From NCBI GenBank assembly GCA_964617105.1, contig CAZTWC010000001.1, positions 1 through 64,000 of the forward strand: a stretch of DNA of 64,000 bases. Reading direction: 5' to 3'. Positions within the stretch are counted from its first letter, which is position 1; every line of letters begins with the position of its first letter. A program made the position numbers and the translations under genes. Source of the DNA: an uncultured Myxococcia bacterium. Its GTDB lineage: Bacteria; CAZTWC01. Below are positions 40,439 through 50,808 of the stretch, piece after piece. The notes below the pieces were generated by a model that ran no database searches, was not told where the DNA came from, and saw nothing but the letters and a program-made list of their open reading frames with translations.

Positions 40439-41368
40439 ATGGAAAAACCAGCACTTTTTATCGGTTTAATCACTTTGGATATGGTCAACCTGGTTGACCA
40501 TATTCCCAGTGACAACCAAAAAGTTATAGCCGAGCAACATACTGTTTGCGCCGGCGGTCCAGCAACAAACGCAGCAGTTACTTTTTCCTGGCTAGGCGGC
40601 CATCCGATCCTCATGGGTATGGCTGGAACTCATCCGGTAACAGCACTAATCCACAGCGACCTGGAGGAACGTGGAGTAAAACTGGTTAATCTGGACACCA
40701 CCACAAACCACCCGCCGCCCATTGCATCTATAATGGTTAACCGGAATACCGGCCGGCGGGCGATTATCTCCCACCAGACCAAAAATTTTACCAATGGCAA
40801 CTCACCGTTGGTAAAAGACCTGGTTTCCTCGGTGGATTTGGTGCTTATTGATGGACACCAGATGGAATTGGGCTTGAAAATCGCCGGTTATGCCCGGAAA
40901 AGTGGCACTCCGGTAGTGGTGGATGGGGGTAGTTGGAAACCAGGATTTGAAAAAGTGCTGACTCTGGCTGATTATGTAGTTTGCTCTGCCGACTTTATCC
41001 CCCCGAGTTGCTCCATATCTACAGGAAATCCTTCGCAAATTTTTCAGTATATCGGCCAATTAGGTGTTCCTAATATTGCCATAACCGATGGCGAAAAACC
41101 GATTCAGTATATTAGCAGAGAAACAGGGAAAGAGAAAAAGGGCGAGATTAAAGTTAAACAGATCAAGGCAATAGATACCCTGGGAGCCGGCGATATATTT
41201 CACGGCGCCTTTTGTCACTATATACTTAGAGAAGATTTCATCAGCGCTCTTAAGCATTCCGCCGCCATTGCGACTTTTTCATGTAATTATTTTGGAACCC
41301 GCCAATGGATGGAACAAGAGAATAATCAACTAGAGGCTAGTTGTGGTAAGGTTCCCCCCTTATTATAG
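40439..41368 (+). CDS. PfkB family sugar kinase (ketohexokinase-like)
   Basis: GGPATNAA, DGGSWK, DTLGAGDIFHG. Confidence 0.92.
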   Translation: MEKPALFIGLITLDMVNLVDHIPSDNQKVIAEQHTVCAGGPATNAAVTFSWLGGHPILMGMAGTHPVTALIHSDLEERGVKLVNLDTTTNHPPPIASIMVNRNTGRRAIISHQTKNFTNGNSPLVKDLVSSVDLVLIDGHQMELGLKIAGYARKSGTPVVVDGGSWKPGFEKVLTLADYVVCSADFIPPSCSISTGNPSQIFQYIGQLGVPNIAITDGEKPIQYISRETGKEKKGEIKVKQIKAIDTLGAGDIFHGAFCHYILREDFISALKHSAAIATFSCNYFGTRQWMEQENNQLEASCGKVPPLL

Positions 41369-41801
41369 TAAATCCCCGATAAATTTGCTCTAGCAGGACA
41401 AGGCGTGCGATTGGATGGTTGAACGTCAGAGATGATAGTGATAGTTGATAGGCGGCTTTGGTTTTGATTTTCTGGTCAAATCCATAGGGCCCGCCCAGGG
41501 CAAAAACTATTTCTTTATTACCTCCCTGCTGAAGTAGATGGTCTAAAAAGGTGGCGAACTGTTTCGATGTGTAGGTTTTCCCCTTTTCATCGCATAGAAT
41601 TAGTATGCTATGGGGACTGGCTTTGGTTAAAATAGATTCAGATTCGCCTCGCTTAATTGCCTGAATTTGTTTGAAATTAGATTTAGATACTTCCCTTATT
41701 TGGATTGGAGTATAACGGTTTATTCTCTGCTCGTAGAGGTGGCATATTTGGCGATAATATTGCTCTTTCAATTTTCCCACCGCCACTATTTTAATTCTCA
41801 C
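41337..41801 (-). CDS. rlmH: 23S rRNA (pseudouridine1915-N3)-methyltransferase
   Basis: IVAVGKLK, GGPYG, LSLSSLTFNH..RLVLLEQIYR, GEPYH; downstream of rsfS. Confidence 0.95.
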   Translation of the reverse strand: MRIKIVAVGKLKEQYYRQICHLYEQRINRYTPIQIREVSKSNFKQIQAIKRGESESILTKASPHSILILCDEKGKTYTSKQFATFLDHLLQQGGNKEIVFALGGPYGFDQKIKTKAAYQLSLSSLTFNHPIARLVLLEQIYRGFTIIRGEPYHN

Positions 41802-42156
41802 CCGCCTCACCTTCCTCAACTACAGTAGCATCAAGCCAGAGTTTTTCTAAATTGTAATACTCCCGTATCGGCTGGTGGAAAACATGGATAATTGTGTTGA
41901 AAAAATCCAATAGCACCCACTCGCAGCGCTCCATCCCCTCGATACTCAGGATAGATTCTCCCGCTTTTTTCATGGCTGCCTGAAGTTCCTGGGCCAGGGC
42001 CCTTACATGTCGCGGATTGGCGCCACTGACTATTAATACGTAGTCAGTATATGAAGCCACCTCTCCCACATGCAGCAAGACGGGTTCTGTGCCCAGTTTT
42101 TCCCGGACAATTTTTAGGGCCAGCAAAGCAGTTTCTTTTGACTCATTATTACTCAT
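41791..42156 (-). CDS. rsfS: Ribosome silencing factor
   Basis: DYVLIVSG..RHV, EG...WVLLD...IHVF..REYYNLEKLW. Confidence 0.95.
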   Translation of the reverse strand: MSNNESKETALLALKIVREKLGTEPVLLHVGEVASYTDYVLIVSGANPRHVRALAQELQAAMKKAGESILSIEGMERCEWVLLDFFNTIIHVFHQPIREYYNLEKLWLDATVVEEGEAGEN

Positions 42157-43193
42157 TTCTCTTTTCCTCTTAAGGAAGCATTTTTATTAGGCAGGGACAA
42201 CTGAAATCCATTGCTCTTCTTTAAAAACTCCTTACGATAATCTCCGGGCATAGTTGGATTAATAAAATCGGTTATAGGCCAAAACACTTGAGGTGTTTCT
42301 ATTTTTACTGATTTAGGACTAATCTTTTTATTCGAGGAGAAATAAATCTCAACCATTTTTTCAGGAGAGATGGTGAATAGGAGAGTAAATTGTAGATGGT
42401 CAGAGATAATAATTTTATTATCTATAGCCAATTTTATAGTCCCCCGCACATTTTTTATCTTTACAGATACACTTTTTTCCTCTTCAGCATCATCCTTTCC
42501 TGAATCCTTATATTTTTGGTTTAAGGGAAATTTCACAGGGGCATTTTGGTCTCCCATCAATTTTTGCCACTCTTTTAAAGAAAAATCAACCCCGGGGTTA
42601 GGACCGGGTTTGTAAAGATAGGTAATTATATTCTTGTTCCTGATTTTCTTGGGGTTCGCTTTAATTATGATCACCGAATCGGCCAACATCTCCAATAGAT
42701 GACGGTTGAGGAACCAGTGGTTAAGCATAATTGAGGTTTTATTTTCGCTAATTTCTCTAAATTTGGCATATTTTTCTCTGGTAAAGGCCCGGTTTTCATA
42801 CTGAATAACTTCCAGGGCTAAATCGCGCTGATTGCTTACTATAAAATGGAAATTACCCTGGCTATCCATTTGCAAAATCATCTCTTCCTTTAAAGAGATC
42901 TCCTTTTTTCCCTTTTTTACCTGATAAGTTGTCTGGCCGGTGCAAAGGAATCCGCCCAGTTTGCCAGTCACCTCCTGAGGCGATTGTTGATATAGCAGTT
43001 TAGTAGTCTTTAAATCACGGCCAAAAGAGATGATATCCACTTTTTTGGTTATTTTGTTAAATTCTCCCGCTTTTTGTAAAGATTTCCAAAAATTGGCATC
43101 AGCCTTTTCCTGGTTGTTGCAGGCAACCAAAAAGATAGCCAGGGAAATTATCATAGATAACCAAATAACTCTTAAGCAATTCGTTGTTTTCAT
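42153..43193 (-). CDS. Hypothetical lipoprotein
   Basis: Lipobox LVAC; overlaps the rsfS start. Confidence 0.65.
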   Translation of the reverse strand: MKTTNCLRVIWLSMIISLAIFLVACNNQEKADANFWKSLQKAGEFNKITKKVDIISFGRDLKTTKLLYQQSPQEVTGKLGGFLCTGQTTYQVKKGKKEISLKEEMILQMDSQGNFHFIVSNQRDLALEVIQYENRAFTREKYAKFREISENKTSIMLNHWFLNRHLLEMLADSVIIIKANPKKIRNKNIITYLYKPGPNPGVDFSLKEWQKLMGDQNAPVKFPLNQKYKDSGKDDAEEEKSVSVKIKNVRGTIKLAIDNKIIISDHLQFTLLFTISPEKMVEIYFSSNKKISPKSVKIETPQVFWPITDFINPTMPGDYRKEFLKKSNGFQLSLPNKNASLRGKEK

Positions 43194-43316
43194 GCTAACT
43201 TATTGTTTTGACATTCTCATGGATAAATTGTAACATTATTATTTTCTAACTAATTTTTGTAAGAGTCAAGTCAGGATAATTTATCATATCTAATCGGTAA
43301 AATCGAGAATAATATT

Positions 43317-43679
43317 ATGGAAGACGATAGTAATAAAAGGAATTTTTCCCGCAAAGAGATCCAGGTAGAGGTTACGGTAAAAGATGTGGCCGGAATAGAT
43401 GGTGAAAGAAAAGAGTTGACCGACTTCTATTTCGTTACCAACAACATCAGTGCCGGAGGCATATATCTATCCACAGAAATGCCTTTAATCAAAGGTGATA
43501 TAATTGAACTGGAATTCGCCCTTCCAGGAGATGAAAATGTACTAACCCTGCAAGGCAAAGTGATGTGGATAAACCAGGATGAGACAGCCTACCTCTTTAT
43601 GCCCAAGGGAGTAGGAATAAAATTTGTCAACCTCACTCAAGAGGTAAAAAAACACCTCGGCAGCTATTTAAATAAATAG
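43317..43679 (+). CDS. PilZ domain protein (c-di-GMP binding)
   Basis: RNFSR (RxxxR) and NISAGG (D/NxSxxG) motifs. Confidence 0.9.
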   Translation: MEDDSNKRNFSRKEIQVEVTVKDVAGIDGERKELTDFYFVTNNISAGGIYLSTEMPLIKGDIIELEFALPGDENVLTLQGKVMWINQDETAYLFMPKGVGIKFVNLTQEVKKHLGSYLNK

Positions 43680-43734
43680 GTGTATTCCTCAGCATAGCAA
43701 TAGGCCAATTTGCTCACATATAACCATCTATCTT

Positions 43735-44775
43735 TTAAGGACTAAGCCATAGATCCGAAACCATAGGCCGGTGATCGGAAGCATTGGAAGTAACTACATA
43801 AGACTGGCTTATCTTAAACTCTTTGGTTAAATAAATATAATCTATTCTCAAAGGGATAATTCCCATAAGCCAAAAACTAGCGCCAAAACCGGAACCTTTC
43901 AAATAAAAACTATCATTAAATTTTTTCCGTATCATAGAATGGATAGAGGTATCGGGGGTAGAATTAAAATCCCCCAGCATTATGGTGGGGTCTTTGAACT
44001 TGTAAATTGTATTTTGAAGGGCAGAGGCCTGTTTGTGGTGGAGTTCTATCACCTTAATCTGATCCCATAGGGTCCGTTTATATAAATTGATCTGAAACGG
44101 GTAAAGGTGCACCACCACCAGGTTGAATATTTTATTTTCCCTTTTTACTTCACAAAAAAGATAATGCCATTTTTGCGGCACCCGGCTGGTATATAGCCTC
44201 TGCCTCACTGTAATTATCCGAAAAGGCTTTCTAACACACAAAGCCAGTCCCTGGCTCTTATCTTTAAAATAGGGTACCCCCTTACATTTATAACCGGCAT
44301 CCCCTTGAAGTCGATTAAAAATTAAATTTTTATTTTTACCTCTCACCCTTATTTCCTGTAAAGCCAATATGTCGGGTGAAACTTCCTCTATAGTGTTCAG
44401 AACTGCCTCTGGTCCCCGAATGCCATTATTGAGGATATTATAGGTCATCACCTTAAATTGGTTGTCCAATAGTGGTGGCTTAGCAGGAGAGGGGATCAGG
44501 ATATGCCCATAGGAACTCAGGTATATAATAAACAGGATAAGATAAAAAGTTATCGCTGATATCCAAAACCGTTTAAGGTAGAGTTTGCGCCAAAAAAAAA
44601 GATAAAATATCGGCGGTAAACACAGCCAAAGAGAAGAAAATAGATGTACCTTGAAGATACTTAAAGCATCTAGAACCGAAAAGTATTTATTGAACTCCAT
44701 TAATGAGAGCGCAAATACCAATATAATCAGGTAACCGATGATTATTTTTGGGAGGAGACTATTTTTGCCCTTCAA
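43735..44775 (-). CDS. Membrane-anchored endonuclease/exonuclease/phosphatase family protein (start next to an N-gap)
   Basis: Three N-terminal TM helices; MTYNI, LQE, GDFN, RIDY, SDH. Confidence 0.88.
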   Translation of the reverse strand: MKGKNSLLPKIIIGYLIILVFALSLMEFNKYFSVLDALSIFKVHLFSSLWLCLPPIFYLFFWRKLYLKRFWISAITFYLILFIIYLSSYGHILIPSPAKPPLLDNQFKVMTYNILNNGIRGPEAVLNTIEEVSPDILALQEIRVRGKNKNLIFNRLQGDAGYKCKGVPYFKDKSQGLALCVRKPFRIITVRQRLYTSRVPQKWHYLFCEVKRENKIFNLVVVHLYPFQINLYKRTLWDQIKVIELHHKQASALQNTIYKFKDPTIMLGDFNSTPDTSIHSMIRKKFNDSFYLKGSGFGASFWLMGIIPLRIDYIYLTKEFKISQSYVVTSNASDHRPMVSDLWLSP

Positions 44776-44797
44776 TTTGCCAANNNNNNNNNNGGGT

Positions 44798-47700
44798 TCA
44801 AGCGCTAGTTCCTACAGATAGCCCCAGATCTTGCCGCAAGTGAGCATATTTGGAACTGAGATAAAATTGCACCATTTCCATCAACTCCTGGCATGGAGAT
44901 AATTTTTCTGCGATTTCAGCAAAATCATCAGTCTGCTCCAGAGATATTTTATGTAATTCGATCATCATGTCTAAAGAAACAGCGATATCATCGCAAAAAA
45001 TCATGGCAATTCGATTGGCGGTGTTGATAGCAGCCCGGTAGTAATCAATAGCCGTAACCTGATTTAACTCTTTCTGGTTCCTAAAAAGAACCCCTGAAAG
45101 CAATTTACGGTTTTTGCTCGACAGAACTTTATCGATTTTTTGAGCCATCTCCTGGATAAAAGCCGGCGATTCGGCAATTTCCAATCCCGCTGCCCCGGTA
45201 ATTTTTAAAGCCTCTATAAAATCGGCCAGGTGTCCGCTTTTCAAAGAACTCAGCACCTGGTTTTGGGCCAACACAAAATAGAGTTGACGGGCCAATAAAA
45301 ATTTTTGCTTGGCTAAAGGATATTTTAAAAAAGTCTGACGGGCCAAAATCGCCGGCGGACTGGTATTTAAAAGTCTTATCAGCACTGGTGATCGGCTGGC
45401 AACGTATATATCCACCTTTTTATCAATGCCCATTACCCGGATAAAATTATCACAGGTTTCCCGTAAGGGATGGTCGGAGGAAGATATTTTTTCATTGCGG
45501 CTCAAGTTGTATGATTTTAAACTTACGGTAAAGAGTTTTGCTAATTCATCTCCCACCGCCAAAAAAGTTTCCCGCAACCAATTCTGCTCCCCTGAATGTA
45601 CTACTATATGGTTCATAGATGATTTGCCAATAAAGGTATTGGAGGATTGGCCCACTTTATTAGGGTATTGGTCTAAAAATTCCGCTTCAGATGGTGTAGT
45701 CTGGTTGAAAAAATCAATCAGGCGGCCAAAAAGAAAACTTCGGTCTAAATCACCGGCATCCCGATAGATTTGAAAAGCGCCATGATAGGCATTTATATCT
45801 AAAAAATTTTGGGCAAATATTTTTTTCAGTTCCGCCTCCGCTTTATCTCTCTGATCCGTATAGTCAGATAAAATTTGCGCTCTTTTTATCCGGATCTGAT
45901 TCTGCCGGGCCATATCTTCTCCAACTGCTTCCATCTCTTTATCCACCAATTTCAGAGCCTTTTCCGGCTGACCGGTATCCAGGAAAAACTGACCTATTTT
46001 ATCCAAAGCTGTTTGGTGGACCGGATCATCATCCAGGATTCGCTGGTAGTAATGGCTGGCTTTTTGGGAGTCTGAAAAGATATTCTGGTAAATGGCGGCC
46101 AGTTGAAGATTATATTGAATCCGAAACTCTGCTTCCTGGCAAATTTCAACCATTTGCTCAAATACCTGGATGGCGGCGTTCCATTCTTGTTCCTGGCATA
46201 ACAGCCGGGCTTTCTCTTCCAGGGCCGGTAGATGGTGTTGGTCCAACTCAAGAACCAGATCGAACTGCTCCAAAGCCTTTTGCTGCTGGTTATATCCCTG
46301 GAGGTAAATAATCCCTAGTTGATAATTAGCCAGAGAATGGATCTCTTTATCCATCTCTGGCTCTTTGTCAATAAGTAGCACCTTTTCCCATACCTGCTGC
46401 GCCTTTTCCCATGCCTCTTTTTGCAAGTATAGATGAGAGAGCATTTTTAGAGTGGGTATATGTTCTTCATCGATTTGAAGAATTTCCTGAAAAGTTTTCT
46501 CTGCCTGTTCCACATCGGCCAATTGATTGTGCAGCAACTCACCCATTCTAAGCATCAACCCGATTTTCTTTCCTTTGGCCTCAGTTGCTTCCAACTGCTC
46601 CTGATAGAGTTTCAACAGCACCTCCCACTGGCCCTGGTTGTATAGTAACTCTTCCAAGTCGTTTAAGGCTTCACCGTCACCAGGCTCCACCTCCAGAATC
46701 TCACGGTAAATTCTTATTGCTACCTCGGTTTGCCCCATTTTACTGTAAAGTTTGGCTCTCTCTTTCATTAAAATCATCTTAGATTTTGAATTTTTAAGCA
46801 GCAAAGATTCCTCTGCCGCCACCTCCAGGTAGTTTTCTATATTCCCCTCCCTAAAATGAACCCGGCGTAGGGTGTCCAGGGCGGCCAAAGCCGGCTCACC
46901 GGCACATAAAGATTCTCTAAGTCCATGGATAGCCTGGTCTATATCTGTGCCATAGGCGGCGCTAAGTTGTCCGGCTAAAAAATTGACCTGCCAAAACTCA
47001 TCTTCCGATCTGCATAAAAAACCAATCTCTTGCAACACCGCCAGAACACCTGGATGATTAGGCTGATTTTGAAAATAGCGCAGCAACGACTCCAGAGTAA
47101 AATGCTTTTGACTTTCCCAATTTTGAAAATAATCGATATATAAATTGGCTGCTTCGAAATAATCTTCTTGCCACCACTCTTTCAAAAAAGCACGCATCAA
47201 AGTATATAACTCCATTTCATCTTGATTGGCGGCATTTTCATGTAACTTCTGGAGTTGAACCACAACTCCCGACCAATCCTGCTGTCCGGCCTGCAATCTG
47301 GCTATAAAATCTTGCACCAGGTAGTTCTCCGGCAACTCCAGGGAGAGTTGATCCAGCAATTTCATCCCTTTTTCTTTATCAGCACCATCCCTTTTAATCA
47401 GCAGTAAGGCTAAGGCGAAAAGAATTCTACTCCGCCTTGGTTTAGAGATATTTTTTACCTTCAGCATCTTCTGGTAGGTTTCTTCCAGACTGGATATGTC
47501 CTTCTTCTGGCAGCATATTCTGGCTATAGCCTGTAGGCAAGGAAAGGTGAGACCTGCCTGGGGCAGCGCTCTTTGATACAGGGTGAAGGCGGATTTTTGA
47601 TCCTTGAGTTTGAATTCGAAAATAAGGGCCATGCGAAAAAAGATAACGGCCTGCTGTTGAGTATCTTTGAGGATTTCAGTTTCCTGATCCAAAGTTTGCA

Positions 47701-49912
47701 AAAGTCCGCTAATATCTTCAGTTTGGCGAAAAATCTTTTCCATTGCCCTTAAGGCAGTGATATCGTTGTGGTTCAATTTCAATATCTCTTCGTAATGGCC
47801 AATGGCGGCAGCGTGATCCCCCAATTTTTCTTCGGCAATTTGGGCCATTTTATGAATCATTGATTGGATTTGCAGTGGATCTTTCAGAGTGGCCACCTGT
47901 TTTTGCAGACTCTCTATGATCCGGGGCCAATCGTTGTTGATGGAATAAATTCTGCCCAGGGCTTGCAGGGCCGGTAGATAGGAAGGATTATTTTCCAACA
48001 CTTTTTCGTACCAATAAATCGCCGAATCCTGATTGTGCAGTTTCTCCTCATAAATTTCGCCATTTTTATACAAAAGGGAGATTATCTGATTTTTGTCGTT
48101 GATAGCCACTATCTCCCTGGTATTAACCGTTATCAAATCCTCCCAATGGCCAAGTTTGGCATAGAGTCTTCCCAACGTCCTGATGGAGGGCAAATCGTCC
48201 TGGTCTTTTTTTAAAAGTCGTTCATAGATTTCAACCGCCCTAACCAGGTCTTTCATTTGGTCTTCGTAAAGAACCCCTATTTTTTCCAACAAAAACTTTT
48301 GGTGACCCAGGTCTTGGGATGATTCAATTTCAGCCTCAAAAAGATCTATTAGATCCTGCCATCTCCCCTGTTGTTGATACAACTTGGCAATAGATTTTAA
48401 GGATGGTAGATAACTGGGATCTATTTTCATGGCCTTTTCATAAAATTCGATGGCCTGATAGGGATTATTCAATTTGTCTTCGTAAATTTCGCCGATTTTA
48501 TAGTAGATCACCAGTTTATGGCTATCATCTGCAACTTGTTCGGCCTCTTTTAGATAGAGTTGAACCAACTTTTCCCATTCTCGGTGTTTGGCTAGCAGCC
48601 GGCCTAGAGAATAGCGGGCCGGAAGATTATTAAAGTTTATTCGGATAACTTGCTGATAATAATGAACCGCCCCCTCTTCATCCGCCAGTTGTTCTTTTAT
48701 TTCCGCTAATTTCAAGTAAACCAGGGCCAGAGATTCGTCCCGATTCATCAATCCTGCCAATTGCTCCAGGTTTTTTACCAAACTGTCTAAATCACCAATC
48801 TCTTCATAGATCAAAGACAGTTCGTAAAGTGCCAAAAACCTGGTGGACTCAAGAGCGGTCGCCTTTTCCAACAACTCTTTTCCCTTTGGTTGGTCAGATA
48901 AAAATTCCTGGCATATCAAAGCGGCAAAATAGTATTCTGCGCCCAACTGGTCTGAAGATATCTCCCCCTCCTGTAGATAAAGATCTACCATACCCTGCCA
49001 CTCCAGATTTGCAAACTTGCCCTCCTGGAGTTTTTGCAACAACAACTCTCCATCTGGCAGGGCGGAATAGCACTGCTGAAACAGATTAAAACTAGTGGTG
49101 TTTTCTTCTCCTTGCCACAAAAAACCCTGAGCCAGCAAAATCGAGCCTTTCTCCCGCTGCTCCAAATCTTGCTCCTGGGTTAATAACCCCTGATAAAATT
49201 TGTTCAGTTCAGTCTTCTGTCCAATCCAGTAGAGAAGATATTGATACAAAAGCCGCAGCATCCGACTAGTCGGTGAAAGTTCAAGGGCTCCCTGCAGGGT
49301 GGCTATAGCCTCCTTTGGTTGGGATAATTTAAAGGTTTGCAAAAGGGTTTTCAGTAATAGCAGCCGCATTTTATAGGATATATCTGGAGATTTTTTTTCC
49401 AAATTTATCAGAAAATCTAGAGTTTCCAGGGCTTTTTTCCACTTTTTCCTTTGCAGGTATAGGTTCAGGCAAACTTTTAGATTTACTTTATCGCCCTGGT
49501 GTTTAGAGATGGCCTCAACAAAGTCATCCTGCGCTCCCGCTCCATCGTCCAGGCACAACTGTTTAAGCAGTCCCCTTTGCCGGAGTAAATAACTCTCTCT
49601 TTGCTCATCTTTCTCCGGTTCGATCTCTCCGGACAGGATAGTCAACACATCCTGAAAGTCTTCAGTGCTTAAAAGAGAATTTTCCTCGGCGGTCTCCCCC
49701 TCCACTGGAGTTAACAACTCTTTGGAAAGGGGTGGAAAAAGCGATCTCCGCCTGGCTGACGTTTCTACCTCTATCGCTTCCGGGACCGCTTCTTCGAAGG
49801 CTGGTTGAGTAGATTCCTCTTCCTGCAAACCAGAATCAAACCACTCTTTTTCAAAATCGCTAAACTCTTCCTGTTCTTGCTGCTCTTTTTTATCGTCCTG
49901 GGTGGAGGCCAT
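44798..49912 (-). CDS. Giant tetratricopeptide-repeat protein of myxobacterial type
   Basis: 1704 aa; acidic N-terminus; repeats such as IGEIYEDKL...AIEFYEKAMKIDPSYLPSL..LY...W.DL. Confidence 0.88.
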   Translation of the reverse strand: MASTQDDKKEQQEQEEFSDFEKEWFDSGLQEEESTQPAFEEAVPEAIEVETSARRRSLFPPLSKELLTPVEGETAEENSLLSTEDFQDVLTILSGEIEPEKDEQRESYLLRQRGLLKQLCLDDGAGAQDDFVEAISKHQGDKVNLKVCLNLYLQRKKWKKALETLDFLINLEKKSPDISYKMRLLLLKTLLQTFKLSQPKEAIATLQGALELSPTSRMLRLLYQYLLYWIGQKTELNKFYQGLLTQEQDLEQREKGSILLAQGFLWQGEENTTSFNLFQQCYSALPDGELLLQKLQEGKFANLEWQGMVDLYLQEGEISSDQLGAEYYFAALICQEFLSDQPKGKELLEKATALESTRFLALYELSLIYEEIGDLDSLVKNLEQLAGLMNRDESLALVYLKLAEIKEQLADEEGAVHYYQQVIRINFNNLPARYSLGRLLAKHREWEKLVQLYLKEAEQVADDSHKLVIYYKIGEIYEDKLNNPYQAIEFYEKAMKIDPSYLPSLKSIAKLYQQQGRWQDLIDLFEAEIESSQDLGHQKFLLEKIGVLYEDQMKDLVRAVEIYERLLKKDQDDLPSIRTLGRLYAKLGHWEDLITVNTREIVAINDKNQIISLLYKNGEIYEEKLHNQDSAIYWYEKVLENNPSYLPALQALGRIYSINNDWPRIIESLQKQVATLKDPLQIQSMIHKMAQIAEEKLGDHAAAIGHYEEILKLNHNDITALRAMEKIFRQTEDISGLLQTLDQETEILKDTQQQAVIFFRMALIFEFKLKDQKSAFTLYQRALPQAGLTFPCLQAIARICCQKKDISSLEETYQKMLKVKNISKPRRSRILFALALLLIKRDGADKEKGMKLLDQLSLELPENYLVQDFIARLQAGQQDWSGVVVQLQKLHENAANQDEMELYTLMRAFLKEWWQEDYFEAANLYIDYFQNWESQKHFTLESLLRYFQNQPNHPGVLAVLQEIGFLCRSEDEFWQVNFLAGQLSAAYGTDIDQAIHGLRESLCAGEPALAALDTLRRVHFREGNIENYLEVAAEESLLLKNSKSKMILMKERAKLYSKMGQTEVAIRIYREILEVEPGDGEALNDLEELLYNQGQWEVLLKLYQEQLEATEAKGKKIGLMLRMGELLHNQLADVEQAEKTFQEILQIDEEHIPTLKMLSHLYLQKEAWEKAQQVWEKVLLIDKEPEMDKEIHSLANYQLGIIYLQGYNQQQKALEQFDLVLELDQHHLPALEEKARLLCQEQEWNAAIQVFEQMVEICQEAEFRIQYNLQLAAIYQNIFSDSQKASHYYQRILDDDPVHQTALDKIGQFFLDTGQPEKALKLVDKEMEAVGEDMARQNQIRIKRAQILSDYTDQRDKAEAELKKIFAQNFLDINAYHGAFQIYRDAGDLDRSFLFGRLIDFFNQTTPSEAEFLDQYPNKVGQSSNTFIGKSSMNHIVVHSGEQNWLRETFLAVGDELAKLFTVSLKSYNLSRNEKISSSDHPLRETCDNFIRVMGIDKKVDIYVASRSPVLIRLLNTSPPAILARQTFLKYPLAKQKFLLARQLYFVLAQNQVLSSLKSGHLADFIEALKITGAAGLEIAESPAFIQEMAQKIDKVLSSKNRKLLSGVLFRNQKELNQVTAIDYYRAAINTANRIAMIFCDDIAVSLDMMIELHKISLEQTDDFAEIAEKLSPCQELMEMVQFYLSSKYAHLRQDLGLSVGTSA

Positions 49913-50028
49913 AAGTTATTCCTTTAGTTAAAGTGACCGACTATTGAATTGCTAATTTCAATTATTACTTGCTTTTTATCTTTTCCTGTTGACACCATGG
50001 AACTGAAAGAATTATAACAAATTAGATT

Positions 50029-50808
50029 ATGGGTTACAATAAGAGTATCAATTTTATTCTGGTTAAGCCGATTCACCCCGGTAATGTGGGTTCTTCCCTG
50101 CGAGCCATCTTAAACATGGGCTTTGAAAACCTTACCATAGTTGGAGGCAGGGATATCCATAAACAAAGCGATGCCTACAAGATGGCCGCCTGTGCCCGCT
50201 CTCGCCTGGACTCTATCCATTACTGCGATACTCTCCAGGAGGCGGTGGATGACGCCAGCCTGGTGGTGGGCACCACCGCCCGAATTGGATTCAAACGATC
50301 CAGAGTAACTCTGGGTCCAATTGATTTACAAAAAACTCTCCATTCTTTTCCGGAAGCCAAATGGGCCTTTCTATTCGGTCCCGAGGATGCAGGACTGGAT
50401 AACAGTCATTTGGAATGTTGCCACTATTTGCTTCATATCCCCACCAATCCCGATTTCAGCAGCCTCAATTTGGCTCAAGCGGTGCTGATTACCGCTTTTC
50501 AGGTACGCAATGCCTTAGATACCGGCATGTATAGATCCGAAAATACTAATAAGGTCAGGCGGGTGGCGCAGGAGAGGTTGCCTGCGCTTCAGGCCGAACA
50601 ACAACGAACCATGGAACAGGTGCAACAGTTGCTGCAAAAGGCTGATTTTTTCGGCGGCCGTAATCCAGTGCACGTTATTAACCAGGTTCACAATTTTCTG
50701 GGCCGCTGCCAGGTGAGCAGCCGCGAATTAAAAATTCTCCGGGGGATGGTTCACAGGTTGGATATTTTTGTCCGGGCCGGCCGTGAAAAAATCAAGGGGG
50801 GAAATTAA
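50029..50808 (+). CDS. trmJ: TrmJ/LasT family SPOUT RNA methyltransferase
   Basis: HPGNVGSSLRA..NMG, GTTAR, FGPEDAGL, SSLNLAQAV, ILRG. Confidence 0.88.
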   Translation: MGYNKSINFILVKPIHPGNVGSSLRAILNMGFENLTIVGGRDIHKQSDAYKMAACARSRLDSIHYCDTLQEAVDDASLVVGTTARIGFKRSRVTLGPIDLQKTLHSFPEAKWAFLFGPEDAGLDNSHLECCHYLLHIPTNPDFSSLNLAQAVLITAFQVRNALDTGMYRSENTNKVRRVAQERLPALQAEQQRTMEQVQQLLQKADFFGGRNPVHVINQVHNFLGRCQVSSRELKILRGMVHRLDIFVRAGREKIKGGN

